Assembly: GCA_964016885.1 (NCBI GenBank)
Contig: CAXHJY010001125.1
Span: forward strand, 186,001-250,000
Source of the DNA: Eledone cirrhosa
Taxonomy: Eukaryota
DNA: 64,000 nucleotides
Direction of reading: 5' to 3'
Part shown: positions 13,092 to 27,600 of the stretch, piece by piece
Layout of the letters: each line of letters starts with the position of its first letter
Numbering within the stretch: position 1 is the stretch's first letter
Translations under genes and position numbers: made by a program
Notes under the pieces: model-generated
Database searches by the model: none
The model's input: the letters and a program-made list of their open reading frames with translations, nothing else
Told to the model about the DNA's origin: nothing

Positions 13092-14039
13092 TTAATCTGT
13101 TATTTCAATATATATATATATATATATAGCTGGAATATTTCCAAAGAAAAGGCATCCCATAAAAGACAGTCTCTAAGAATACACTGTTCATAATTAATCT
13201 AATTATTAACGAGCAGCAAGAATATTGCGATAACCTTATAAACAAGAAGAGAATCGAGGCTAATTCAGGCAGTTTTTTAGAAATGTCAAGCAATGTCACT
13301 TAAAACCCACACAACTAACCGACTTCACTTAATTAGATTACAATTTGAAATGGCAACCATTAATGGCTGAAATAGTAACATTTCCTCTGTGAGTGAGGGT
13401 GGTTGTCTGTGAGTGAGGGTGGCGTCTTACTCTCCTTGTTGTTAGTACCGGCTATATTGAAGTGGACACCAACCTCCAGGCAATAGTAAAACAACAAAAA
13501 TAATAACTACCACACCCAGTACGTTCTGTTGAACACCAGTCACCACTGAATATGTCAAAATGTCAAGAGTATGTAGAGAAAGAGAGAGAGGTGGCGGGCT
13601 GGTTTTGTTGAGAATTAGATGTTTTCTCATGCACAAAACTTCAAACTCAACATCTGATACACAGTTGCTTTTGTTGTAAATATGGAAGCAACAATATGAA
13701 AAAAATTAGGTAAAGAATTTATTCTAGAAATTGTTTGACAGTTTTGTTACCAACCCAGTCAAAACTTGTTCTGGTTCTATAAAACAAAACAACCTATTTT
13801 AAAAGGTTCTCATTTAAATTAAAATATTCCAATAAAAACCATATGTTAAGTTATTTTAGTATAATGAAATAATTATTTTAATAAATCCCTTGCAATTCTT
13901 CATTAAATAAGAGTTTATTTAATTATAATTTAATTAATTGCAATAGAGAAACTATGTCACAAAAGAGTTAAATTATTTCTCCAAAGAAATTATTTCATAT
14001 AAATTACAGCTTGTGTCTAACTAAATGGTGGCAGATACT

Positions 14040-14690
14040 ATAAGGTCTAATAGTCAGTACTATCAACTGTCTCATTCTCTTACATAAGGTCTAATAGTCT
14101 GTACTATTAACTGTCTCATTCTCTTATATAAGGTCTAATAGTCAGTACTATCAACTGTCTCATTCTCTTATATAAGGTCTAATAGTACTATCAACTGTCT
14201 CATTCTCTTATATAAGGTCTAATAGTCTGTACTATTAACTGTCTCATTATCTTATATAAGGTCTAATAGTACTATCAACTGTCTCATTCTCTTATATAAG
14301 GTCTAATAGTCAGTACTATCAACTGTCTCATTCTCTTATATAAGGTCTAATAGTCAGTACTATCAACTGTCTCATTCTCTTATATAAGGTCTAATAGTAC
14401 TATCAACTGTCTCATTCTCTTATATAAGGTCTAATAGTCAGTACTATCAACTATCTCATTCTCTTATATAAGGTCTAATAGTCTGTACTATTAACTGTCT
14501 CATTCTCTTATATAAGGTCTAATAGTCAGTACTATCAACTGTCTCATTCTCTTATATAAGGTCTAATAGTCTGTACTATTAACTGTCTCATTCTCTTCTA
14601 TAAGGTCTAATAGTCTGTACTATTAACTGTCTCATTCTCTTATATAAGGTCTAATAGTCTGTACTATTAACTGGTTGTCTCATTTTCTTA
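14040..14690. repeat. 44-bp (40-bp variant) minisatellite, about 15 copies
   Basis: unit taaggtctaatagtcagtactatcaactgtctcattctcttata. Confidence 0.95.
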
Positions 14691-15277
14691 TATAACATCA
14701 GCATATTACAAATATTACAATCCTTTATTTACTTGGTAGGCCAGTGGGAAGGGGTTTTCTCTGCTAGTAAGGGTTGAACAGGTCATTAACTGACAAAGTG
14801 GTGGCATTAACTTCATTCATAGCGAGTTGGAGGCCTGCATCTCACGTTCCAGCCTCCAACTATGTACTCAAGTAGGCACGCGGCTTGCTTACATACAATC
14901 CCACTGTGACACCAGCACTAGGGAAGTTTGTTAAAGTAATGTAGTGTCATAGTATTGTTTTGTACTTTTGTACACTAATGTCATACTGTGGTTCGATGTG
15001 GTACAGGACATTAAGTGTTCAAACTCTCCATAATACCAGAACTCTCATAGATAACAGAGGCGGGAGGAGTTATGGGATGATGCAGTTTGTAAGAAGAATT
15101 TTAAACATTTTTCTAGAAATAATAAATAAACGGTGCCCCAGCATAGCCTCAGCCGAATGGCTGGAGCAGGTAAAAGAGTAAAAGAATAAACTGACAACAT
15201 ATTATTACCAAGTGTTGAATAACAAGTAAACAATAAATATTAGTATAAAAAGACTTAATAGAGAAAGTATATACAGT

Positions 15278-15392
15278 ATCCTGGACACCCTGGGGTAGTA
15301 ACAAATGTCTGACATTATCCTGGACACCCTGGGGTAGTAACAAATGTCTGACATTATCCTGGACACCCTGGGGTAGTAACAAATGTCTGACA
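15278..15392. repeat. 39-bp tandem repeat, 3 copies
   Basis: unit atcctggacaccctggggtagtaacaaatgtctgacatt. Confidence 0.9.
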
Positions 15393-15659
15393 TGGGTGCA
15401 AATGATATGAAAAGAATTTAGGAAATACATTTGTACTGAGAGAAAATACAATAACGTGCAGACAGAAACTGAGAAGATATTTTGTAGAACAAACAAAGAG
15501 ATTGTGGTAAATTTAATCTGTCACATAAATTTATGTCTGTCACATAAACACTACACTGTCAAAAATGTTCTAAAATGCTTTAATTTATACTAGAAGTGAG
15601 TGCTCTCTGTCACCAGTGTTGTCTGACTAGGTGCGTCCACTTTTCCCTGCTTGCAAGGG

Positions 15660-15951
15660 TGGGACGGGAACTGATTCTGGCTTGATTTCTACAGCTGGAT
15701 GCCCTTCCTAACACCAACCTCATTTACAGTGAGTGCTGGGTGCTTTTTTGCCGTGGCACCTCCACGACCACTTTGCAGTGGAATGATAGGAACCCCAGTC
15801 CCTATCATCTCATTTCTACAGCTGAGTAAACTGGAGCAATGTGAAATAAAGTGTCTTGTTCAAGGAAACAACACATCACCCGGTCTGAGAATTGAACTCA
15901 CAACCTTTTGATTGCAAGGCCAATGCTCTAACCACTAAGCCATGTGCCTCC
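15660..15951 (-). mobile_element. tRNA-headed SINE; opposite-orientation copy at about 7760-8035 (+)
   Basis: A-box TGGCTTAGTGG and B-box GTTCAATTC on the minus strand; body near-identical to 7760-8020. Confidence 0.8.
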
Positions 15952-18048
15952 ATATATATATATATATATACACACATATATATATATCATCATCATCGTT
16001 TAACATCTATCTTCCACACTAGCATGGGTTTAGACGGGAATTGGCCCACTTGAGGCAAGATTGGTCGGGTGACCATGTCTCGCTCATATAGGACTGTATC
16101 TGGCAGGTTTTCTACGGCTGGATGCCCTTCCTGCCACAAACCACATTTACAGATATATAGATATAGATATATAGATATATATAGATAGATATAATAATGG
16201 TTTCTACTATAGGCACAAGGCCAGCAAATTGAAGGGGAGGAGAAAGTCGATAAAATCAACCCCAGTGCATTACTGGTAATTTATTTTATCGACCCCGTAA
16301 GGATGAAAATCAAGGCAAAGCTAACCTCGTCGAGATTTGAACTCAGACCGTAAAGAGCCGTAACTCTATGCTGCGAAGCAAGGTGTCCGACATTCTAACG
16401 ATACTGCCAATCCACCCCACCCACCCCTAACAATAATAATAATGATGATAATAATAATAATAATTCATAAATGTAAAAACAGTAAAGAAACAGTTGACAT
16501 CCTTACAAACTATGAAATGGTTGACATTGTTTATTATATAGTAGTATCAACCAACAAAGAGTTTTCAATAAAAGGAATAAAATAATAAAGATTTAAAACT
16601 CCAACAATCTCTCTCTCTCCCTCTCTTTCTCCCCCTCTCTCTGTCCTACGACTCTAAATATTCTGTCTGGTTAAAATAACTGCATCATAAGCTAAAGCTG
16701 AATGAAATGACTCATTGAATGACTCAACATAACAAAACAGAGAAATTGAGCTCTCTACAATTGGAGGTAGTTTTAGCTCACCACATTGAACCCTTAGTTG
16801 TCCCCCCCCCCACCGCTCTCTCTATCTATCTAAATGTCTGTCTATCTAATACACAGGTTTAAATACACACACACACACAAGTGTTAATTGAATTTGAAAT
16901 ATTTTTCAATGTAAAGATTGTTTGAAGCTTTCAATATATAAATTACTGATTACAATTATGTGTTGCTGTGAATATATCTTGACAGAATATAAGATAGATA
17001 GGTATTGTTTTACTGGTTTCAATCATTAGACTGTGACCAATGCTGCAGCACAGCCTTGAAGGGATTTTATCAATCTCTTTTATCAAACCACTAAGTTATG
17101 AAACAAACAGACTGTGAACGTACTTGTACACCCTGTAAGGTGGTTGTATGTAGTATTAGATTTACTAAAACATGTGACGGTCATGGCCAGAATTATCTTA
17201 CCTCTTTCTGTTTAAACCGGCCGTAACTGGCCATTCATACTGATGTTAAGATATTGTTCTCAAAATAAATAATATCAAAATCTCATGGATTTGATATTAT
17301 GTGAGATATTATGTGAGATATTATGCAAGATATTATGCGAGATATTATGTGAGATAAAGCCTTTACGTGAAAATACAATAGTAAATATAGAGTAATGTAA
17401 ATGGTAAAGGGTTAATGTGTTCATCCTTGACCAACCCTTTTGATATCAAACCATCTGAAACTAAACCTACTTCTGTGATACCAAACCGTATGAAACTATA
17501 TCTACTTCTGTGATACCAAACCATCTGAAATTATATCTCTGATACCAAACCATCTCAAACTATATCTATTTCTGTGATACCAAACCATTTGAAACTATAT
17601 CTACTTCTCTGATACCAAACCATTCGAAACTAAACCTGCTTCTATGATGTAAAACTGTTTTTTTTTATACTTTTCTAAAAACCTTCCATCAAAATTTTAA
17701 CATTTGTTAAGTTATGTTCCAAACGCCAGTGAAAAACGGTAATTATATTACTAAATCCCTCCAAATTATTGAATATATTTTCAGGCAGCTATATTTCATT
17801 AAAGACATGTTAACGAAATAGTTAAAATGGAGTTTCATTTGAAAGTGGATTGGCTACTATTTCTAACAATAAGAAAGACCACATAGTGGTTACCTCTTGG
17901 CTAAATCGAGTTCGGATCTAGCTGTCAAAACGGCCAGAGCTCAGCCTTCGGGGTCCTGACTCTTTTCCTATTGCCCACTCTACTACCCTAAGTATTGAGT
18001 ACTCTGGTGCATTATGGTCCACCTGGTATCTTACTACACCCTCTTTGT

Positions 18049-18088
<40 letters not shown>

Positions 18089-18154
18089 CACGATAAACAA
18101 CAGAGGCCAAGTGTTGTTCCTCTCCAACTAAAAACTTTCCCACCCTCGGAAAAC

Positions 18155-18189
18155 CCCCAGTTGATGGATGCGAAATCCGAAATATAGGG
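18155..18189 (+). ncRNA. Degenerate minimal hammerhead motif
   Basis: ccc-CAGTTGA-t-ggat-gcgaa-atcc-GAAA-TA-TA-ggg; two core mismatches. Confidence 0.35.
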
Positions 18190-18778
18190 ACAATTAAATC
18201 ACTTCCAAGGTAACTATCTCGTGTTGTTATTTTTACACTCTTTCCTACGTTCCTCTACACACTATACATCTCATTCTACATTTCCTCTTACATCTCTCTC
18301 TTTACCACCTGATTCTGTTACCTGGAGATTTACCCATGTGCATTGTTGAGGCTTCCAAAACAACCAATTATATATATATATATAATGTGTGTGTATATAT
18401 AAAAATCTCCCAGCCCACACTGTAAACGTGGTTGGTGTTAGGAAGGGCATCCAGCCGTAGAAAACCTGCCAGACAGTCCTACTTTACACAATAATTTCAT
18501 TATTATTATTATTATTACACGAGCAAGACAACCAATCTTGCCTCAAGTGGGACAATTCCCGTCTAAACCCATGCTAGCGTGGAAGATAGACGTTAAACGA
18601 TGATGATGATGATATATATATATATATATTAATGTGTTTTGGTGTAATGTTAAAGGGAGCGGGGCCAATTGAGGTGAAATAATGTTAGTTGTTATCATGT
18701 GTACAGTCTACTCTCCATTGGCTACTATTTCTAACAGTAACAGCGACCACATAGTGGTTATCTCTTGGCTAGATATAT

Positions 18779-18820
<42 letters not shown>

Positions 18821-19230
18821 AGTTGTTATCATGTGTAAAGTCTACACTTGGAAACATTTACAAACTATCCTCTTTAGCCAGACTACATCCATACCTTACT
18901 CCCACAACCCACCACCACAACGATAGTATTTTTATTTACTTTCAGAACTACATTCTTATCTTTTGATGAATGTACAAGATGTTCATGACCCTTCAACAAG
19001 ATTTTTTGAATTAGTAATTCAGTGAAGAGAGAGAGTCTTCTTGACCTTAACTTCTCTCTCCTCAGAAGGAATCTAACAATAAGACGCATCATCATCGTCA
19101 GACTATCAGAAGATATTCCACCATTTATTTTTATTCAGCTTCTACTCATGGCAATGGATTTTATCTGTTTTGAATTTAGCAGAGTTCTATTGTCCTTCAG
19201 TGAATTGTTATTACTATTATTTTGTTAAGA

Positions 19231-19455
19231 GGGCGGTGGATTGGCAGTATCGGTAGAGGGTCGGACGCCATGCTAGGGCGGTGGATTGGCAGTATCGGTA
19301 GAGGGTCGGACGCCATGCTAGGGCGGTGGATTGGCAGTATCGGTAGAGGGTTGGACGCCATGCTAGAGCGGTGGATTGGCAGTATCGGTAGAGGGTCGGA
19401 CACCATGCTAGGGCGGTGTATTGGCAGTATCGGTAGAGGGTCGGACACCATGCTT
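19231..19455. repeat. 45-bp tandem array (5 copies) of a SINE head segment
   Basis: unit gggcggtggattggcagtatcggtagagggtcggacgccatgcta, continuing into a SINE at 19455-19600. Confidence 0.9.
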
Positions 19456-19616
19456 TGCAGCAAAGAGTTACGGCCTTTTATGGTCTGAGTTCAAATCCCG
19501 CCGAAGTTTACTTTGCTTTTCATCCTTACGGAGTCGATAAAATAAAGTACCAGTAATGTATTGGGTAATTGTTGGCCTTGTGCCAAAAGTAGAAACAATT
19601 ATTTTGTTAAGTTTAA

Positions 19617-19843
19617 CCCCTTAGCATTTACAATACTCCATATATATACTATTCTATTTTTGTGGTAAAGGCTTTGCTTTACCTCAATAACTACCTCATA
19701 TAATATCAAATCTGTGAGATTTTGATGTTATTTATTTTGAGAACAATACCTTAACATCAGTATGAGCGGCCAGTTACAGCCAATTTGAACAGAAAGAGGT
19801 GAGAGAATTCTGGCTGGATATGGCCAGTTTAAATGCTAAAGGG
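19617..19843. mobile_element. piggyBac-like MITE (TTAA TSD); copies at 33824-34028, 36011-36217, 56757-57174 (SINE inserted); partial copies at about 17185-17412 and 57518-57712
   Basis: TTAA|CCC.TTAGCATTTA ... TAAATGCTAAAGGG|TTAA terminal inverted repeats; shared internal sequence. Confidence 0.8.
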
Positions 19844-20179
19844 TTAAGACTATAGTATCAAATGTGTCCCCTTTTTTTAAGACACTAGGGTGAAATTTGG
19901 AGGAGATTTGGTTGCTATTTTTCTGGCACATGCAACCTCATAGTGCTCCCAGAGCACTGGAAGTAGATGGAACCTACAGAAGAGGAAGACTCCGAGATGA
20001 CTTGGGATGAAATGATGAAAATTGATTTCAAAAAACTGGCCGGAATGAAGAAACACCAACAAAAATATAAAAGTCACTATTAAAGCCAGAGAGAGAAATG
20101 TGGGTAATTTAAGAAGCCTTCCTCATACCTACTGACCCCACAAATATATTTAATTAAAAAAAGAACAGTTCCTAACACC

Positions 20180-20650
20180 AACCACTTTACAGTGTGGACT
20201 GGGAGCCTTTTTACCGTACCTCCTACATGACCACTTTACAGTGTGGACTGGGAGCCTTTTTACCGTGCCTCCTACATGACCACTTTACAGTGTGGACTGG
20301 GAGCCTTTTTACCGTGTCTCCTACATGACCACTTTACAGTGTGGACTGGGAGCCTTTTTACCGTGCCTCCTACACAATCACTTTACAGTGTGGACTAGGA
20401 GCCTTTTTACCGTGTCTCCTACATGACCACTTTACAGTGTGGACTGGGAGCCTTTTTACCGTGTCTCCTACATGACCACTTTACAGTGTGGACTGGGAGC
20501 CTTTTTACCGTGTCTCCTACATGACCACTTTACAGTGTGGACTAGGAGCCTTTTTACCGTGTCTCCTACATGACCACTTTACAGTGTGGACTAGGAGACT
20601 TACCGTGCCTCCTACACGACCACTTTACAGTGTGGACTGGGTGCTTTTTG
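20180..20650. repeat. ~49-bp SINE-derived minisatellite, about 9-10 copies
   Basis: unit ccactttacagtgtggactgggagcctttttaccgtgtctcctacatga. Confidence 0.92.
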
Positions 20651-20914
20651 TTGAGTCACCGACACAGTTGACAGATTTGTTATACTATAATTTTATGTCT
20701 GCTTTCCTTCTTGACATAAAAGTTGGCTTGGGACTAGATGGGTCGAAAAACCTCTTCTTGCTCCCCCTAGAGGTTCCATTTTAGCATGGGTTCTACTGCT
20801 AAATACCCTTCCTAACACACACTACTTTAAAGGGTGTACAGGATTATTTTTATTGTGGTACTAGCACAACTTCATTACAGAGAGGACTGGGTGCTTTTTA
20901 TCATGGCACCGGCT

Positions 20915-21238
20915 CTAAAGAGGTTGTTATGAGGGTCATCTCAACCCTACATATCATTTGAGCTTTTTATCATGGAATCAGCACTAACGAGGTTATTATG
21001 GGGGTCCTCTCAGCCCAGCCTAACATATCATTGGAGCTTTTTATCATGGGGTCAGCACTAACGAGGTTATTATTGGGGTCCTCTCAGCCCTACATATCAT
21101 TGGAGCTTTTTATCATGGGGTCAGCACTAACGAGGTTATTATGGGGGTCCTCTCAGCCCTACATATCATTGGAGCATTTTATCATGGGGTCAGCACTAAC
21201 GAGGTTATTATGGGGGTCCTCTCAGCCCTACATATCAT
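20915..21238. repeat. 69-bp tandem repeat, about 4.5 copies
   Basis: unit tcagcactaacgaggttattatggggg...catgggg. Confidence 0.9.
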
Positions 21239-21411
21239 ACCCTTTACAAAATAATCCCACCTGAAATACATCTGGCATGGATCAGAGAGAAAGGTTCCAC
21301 CCTAATTTACATCCCAATAAATGAATGCGAAAGAATCTGACATGGAATATTTGAAATTGTCTTCAAACATTGGAAGCAATATATTTGTCAATGATATAAA
21401 CAAGGACTTAC

Positions 21412-21546
21412 CATAACATTTTCTGCAGACAGAACATTACGAAGGACCATATGGTTACGTCGAAGTGCTGCTTTCGTCTCAACCAAATTTTTCAAATAGT
21501 TTAGTATATCTTTTATCTTGGTTGTTGGAGGCAATAATTCTAGGGC
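21412..21546 (-). CDS. VPS39: VPS39 exon (start of Vps39_2 domain): ALELLPPTTKIKDILNYLKNLVETKAALRRNHMVLRNVLSAENVM
   Basis: ttgacag / GTAAGT; 135 nt; resembles 'ALNLLPANTQINDI..FLEKVL'. Confidence 0.94.
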
Positions 21547-21674
21547 CTGTCAATATTTAGAGAGAAACAGGAAAAGAAATGACTGTTAGTATTTAATGAT
21601 AAGTTCACACATTAGCCCTTTTGATACAACATGGCCATTTTTATATCATAGAACCAGGATATTGACATTATCTG

Positions 21675-24015
21675 GATGACCAGTTCAAACCTTTCTGTGA
21701 CGACCAGTCCAAACCTTGCTGAGATGACCAGTCAAAACTTTGCTGTGATGACCAGTCCACCAGTCCAAACCTTGCTGTGATGACCAGTCCACCAGTCCAA
21801 ACCTTGCTGTGATGACCAGTCCAAACCTTGCTGAGATGACCAGTCAAAACCTTGCTGAGATGACCAGTCAAAACCTTGCTGTGATGACCAGTCCACCAGT
21901 CCAAACCTTGCTGTGATGACCAGTCCAAACCTTGCTGTGATGACCAGTCCACCAGTCCAAACCTTGCTGTGATGACCAGTCCAAACCTTGCTGTGATGAC
22001 CAGTCCACACCTTGCTGTGATGACCAGTCCACCAGTCCAAACCTTGCTGTGATGACCAGTCCACACCTTGCTGTGATGACCAGTCCACCAGTCCAAACCT
22101 TGCTGTGATGACCAGTCCACCAGTCCAAACCTTGCTGAGATGACCAGTCCACCAGTCCAAACCTTGCTGTGATGACCAGTCCACACCTTGCTGTGATGAC
22201 CAGTCCACACCTTGCTGTGATGACCAGTCCACACCTTGCTGTGATGACCAGTCCACCAGTCCAAACCTTGCTGTGATGACCAGTCCACCAGTCAAAACCT
22301 TGCTGAGATGACCAGTCCACCAGTCCAAACCTTGCTGTGATGACCAGTCCACCAGTCCAAACCTTGCTGTGATGACCAGTCCACCAGTCCAAACCTTGCT
22401 GTGATGACCAGTCCACCAGTCCAAACCTTGCTGTGATGACCAGTCCACCAGTCCAAACCTTGCTGTGATGACCAGTCCACCAGTCCAAACCTTACTGTGA
22501 TGACCAGTCCACCAGTCAAAACCTTGCTGTGATGACCAGTCCACCAGTCCAAACCTTGGTGTGATGACCAGTCCACCAGTCCAAACCTTGCTGTGATGAC
22601 CAGTCCACCAGTCCAAACCTTGCTGTGATGACCAGTCCACCAGTCCAAACCTTGCTGTGATGACCAGTCCACCAGTCCAAACCTTGCTGTGATGACCAGT
22701 CCACCAGTCCAAACCTTGCTGTGATGACCAGTCCACCAGTCAAAACCTTGCTGTGATGACCAGTCCACCAGTCAAAACCTTGCTGTGATGACCAGTCCAC
22801 CAGTCCAAACCTTGCTGTGATGACCAGTCCACCAGTCAAAACCTTGCTGTGATGACCAGTCCACCAGTCCAAACCTTGCTGTGATGACCAGTCCACCAGT
22901 CCAAACCTTGCTGTGATGACCAGTCCACCAGTCCAAACCTTGCTGTGATGACCAGTCCACCAGTCCAAACCTTGCTGTGATGACCAGTCCACCAGTCCAA
23001 ACCTTGCTGTGATGACCAGTCCACCAGTCCAAACCTTGCTGTGATGACCAGTCCACCAGTCCAAACCTTGCTGTGATGACCAGTCCACCAGTCAAAACCT
23101 TGCTGTGATGACCAGTCCACCAGTCAAAACCTTGCTGTGATGACCAGTCCACCAGTCCAAACCTTGCTGTGATGACCAGTCCACCAGTCAAAACCTTGCT
23201 GTGATGACCAGTCCACCAGTCCAAACCTTGCTGTGATGACCAGTCCACCAGTCCAAACCTTGCTGTGATGACCAGTCCACCAGTCCAAACCTTGCTGTGA
23301 TGACCAGTCCACCAGTCCAAACCTTGCTGTGATGACCAGTCCACCAGTCCAAACCTTGCTGTGATGACCAGTCCACCAGTCAAAACCTTGCTGTGATGAC
23401 CAGTCCACCAGTCCAAACCTTGCTGTGATGACCAGTCCACCAGTCAAAACCTTGCTGTGATGACCAGTCCACCAGTCCAAACCTTGCTGTGATGACCAGT
23501 CCAAACCTTGCTGTGATGACCAGTCCACCAGTCCAAACCTTGCTGTGATGACCAGTCCACCAGTCCAAACCTTGCTGTGATGACCAGTCCACCAGTCCAA
23601 ACCTTGCTGTGATGACCAGTCCACCAGTCAAAACCTTGCTGTGATGACCAGTCCACCAGTCCAAACCTTGCTGTGATGACCAGTCCAAACCTTGCTGTGA
23701 TGACCAGTCCACCAGTCCAAACCTTGCTGTGATGACCAGTCCACCAGTCAAAACCTTGCTGTGATGACCAGTCCACCAGTCCAAACCTTGCTGTGATGAC
23801 CAGTCCAAACCTTGCTGTGATGACCAGTCCACCAGTCCAAACCTTGCTGTGATGACCAGTCCACCAGTCCAAACCTTGCTGTGATGACCAGTCCACCAGT
23901 CAAAACCTTGGTGTGATGACCAGTCCACCAGTCAAAACCTTGCTGTGATGACCAGTCCACCAGTCAAAACCTTGCTGTGATGACCAGTCTACCAGTCCAC
24001 CAGTCCAAACTTTGC
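21675..24015. repeat. 32/24-bp minisatellite, about 75 copies
   Basis: unit gatgaccagtcc(accagtcc)aaaccttgctgt. Confidence 0.97.
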
Positions 24016-24024
24016 TATCAGTAG

Positions 24025-24055
<31 letters not shown>

Positions 24056-24253
24056 AATGATAAAAATTAATATACAAAAATCACCCACCCCCCCGTCCAT
24101 CTTCTAAACAAACTTTCTAAATATGTCAGAAATTTCAGAATCAGAGAAGAATTTTCTCATACCTCCCCCCATGATAAACTATTATGTTGTTGTTACTCCA
24201 CACCTCACCACACACAACAAAGTCAGATTTCACACTAGACAACTGCTGTATAT

Positions 24254-24327
<74 letters not shown>

Positions 24328-24601
24328 TTAAAAGATAAACAGAGATAACAACACAATCGGTACAGTATACGGAAGGAATATATTAGGTTAACGCTTATAC
24401 ACACACACACCTATATGTATACATACATATATACATATCTATACACACACACACATATATAAGCTTATCTAGATTGCAGGTCATTGTTTTACCTCTAGAA
24501 TAAACTGAAAAGATCTGCCCTCTCGAGAGAAAATAAGGTTATCTTTATCTAATATTAGTTGTTTTATCATTCTGACTAGCATTCATTTCACACATACACA
24601 C

Positions 24602-27600
24602 AACTAGATATAACTGGATATATTACTGGATATAACTAGATATTACTGGATATAACTAGATGTTACTGGATATAACGGGATATAATTTGATATAACTAGA
24701 TATAACTACCATATAGCTAGATATAACTACTATATAACTAGATATAACTACCATATCACTAGATATAACTACCATATAACTAGATATAACTACTATATAA
24801 CTAGATATAACTACCATATCACTAGATATAACTACTATATAACTAGATATAACTACCATATAACTAGATATAACTACCATATAACTAGATATAACTACCA
24901 TATCACTAGATATAACTACTATATAGCTAGATATAACTACCATATAACTAGATATAACTACCATATAACTAGATATAACTACCATATCACTAGATATAAC
25001 TACTATATAGCTAGATATAACTACCATATAACTAGATATAACTACCATATAGCTAGATATAACTACCATATAGCTAGATATAACTACTATATAGCTAGAT
25101 ATAACTACCATATCACTAGATATAACTACCATATAGCTAGATATAACTACCATATAGCTAGATATAACTACCATATAGCTAGATATAACTACCATATAGC
25201 TAGATATAACTACCATATAGCTAGATATAACTACCATATCACTAGATATAACTACTATATAGCTAGATATAACTACCATATCACTAGATATAACTACTAT
25301 ATAACTAGATATAACTACCATATCACTAGATATAACTACCATATCACTAGATATAACTACTATATAACTAGATATAACTACCATATCACTAGATATAACT
25401 ACTATATAACTAGATATAACTACCATATCACTAGATATAACTACTATATAACTAGATATAACTACCATATCACTAGATATAACTACCATATAACTAGATA
25501 TAACTACCATATCACTAGATATAACTACTATATAACTAGATATAACTACCATATAACTAGATATAACTACCATATAACTAGATATAACTACCATATAGCT
25601 AGATATAACTAGATATAACTACCATATAACTAGATATAACTACTATATAACTAGATATAACTACCATATAACTAGATATAACTACCATATCACTAGATAT
25701 AACTACTATATAACTAGATATAACTACCATATAGCTAGATATAACTACTATATAACTAGATATAACTACCATATAACTAGATATAACTACCATATCACTA
25801 GATATAACTACCATATCACTAGATATAACTACTATATAACTAGATATAACTACCATATAGCTAGATATAACTACTATATAACTAGATATAACTACCATAT
25901 AACTAGATATAACTACCATATCACTAGATATAACTACCATATCACTAGATATAACTACCATATAACTAGATATAACTACTATATAACTAGATATAACTAC
26001 TATATAACTAGATATAACTACCATATAAGTAGATATAACTACCATATCACTAGATATAACTACCATATCACTAGATATAACTACTATATAACTAGATATA
26101 ACTACCATATAGCTAGATATAACTACTATATAACTAGATATAACTACCATATAACTAGATATAACTACCATATAACTAGATATAACTACCATATCACTAG
26201 ATATAACTACCATATAGCTAGATATAACTACCATATAACTAGATATAACTAGATATAACTACCATATCACTAGATATAACTACTATATAACTAGATATAA
26301 CTACCATATCACTAGATATAACTACCATATAGCTAGATATAACTACCATATAACTAGATATAACTAGATATAACTACCATATAACTAGATATAACTACCA
26401 TATAACTAGATATAACTACCATATCACTAGATATAACTACCATATAGCTAGATATAACTACCATATCACTAGATATAACTACTATATAACTAGATATAAC
26501 TACCATATCACTAGATATAACTAGATATAACTAGATATAACTACCATATCACTAGATATAACTAGATATAACTAGATATAACTACCATATAGCTAGATAT
26601 AACTAGATATAACTAGATATAACTACCATATCACTAGATATAACTACTATATAACTAGATATAACTACCATATCACTAGATATAACTACCATATCACTAG
26701 ATATAACTAGATATAACTAGATATAACTACCATATCACTAGATATAACTACTATATAACTAGATATAACTACCATATCACTAGATATAACTACCATATCA
26801 CTAGATATAACTACCATATAACTAGATATAACTACTATATAACTAGATATAACTACTATATAACTAGATATAACTACCATATAACTAGATATAACTACCA
26901 TATAACTAGATATAACTACCATATAACTAGATATTACTACCATATCACTAGATATAACTACCATATAACTAGATATAACTACTATATAACTAGATATAAC
27001 TACCATATCACTAGATATAACTAGATATAACTAGATATAACTACCATATCACTAGATATAACTAGATATAACTACCATATAGCTAGATATAACTACCATA
27101 TCACTAGATATAACTACCATATAACTAGATATAACTACCATATCACTAGATATAACTAGATATAACTACTATATAACTAGATATAACTACCATATCACTA
27201 GATATAACTACCATATCACTAGATATAACTACCATATAACTAGATATAACTACTATATAACTAGATATAACTACTATATAACTAGATATAACTACCATAT
27301 AACTAGATATAACTACTATATAACTAGATATAACTACTATATAACTAGATATAACTACTATATAACTAGATATAACTACCATATCACTAGATATAACTAC
27401 CATATAGCTAGATATAACTACCATATCACTAGATATAACTACCATATAGCTAGATATAACTACCATATCACTAGATATAACTACTATATAACTAGATATA
27501 ACTACCATATAACTAGATATAACTACTATATAACTAGATATAACTACTATATAACTAGATATAACTACTATATAACTAGATATAACTACCATATCACTAG

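Noticed and set aside
19022-19066. CUGAGGA followed by a GA/CT hairpin on the minus strand
   Set aside because: No GAAA after the stem, so not a hammerhead.
21675-24015. CRISPR-like regular repeats (also other 30-48-bp arrays)
   Set aside because: Head-to-tail units with no unique spacers, no cas genes and a eukaryotic context.
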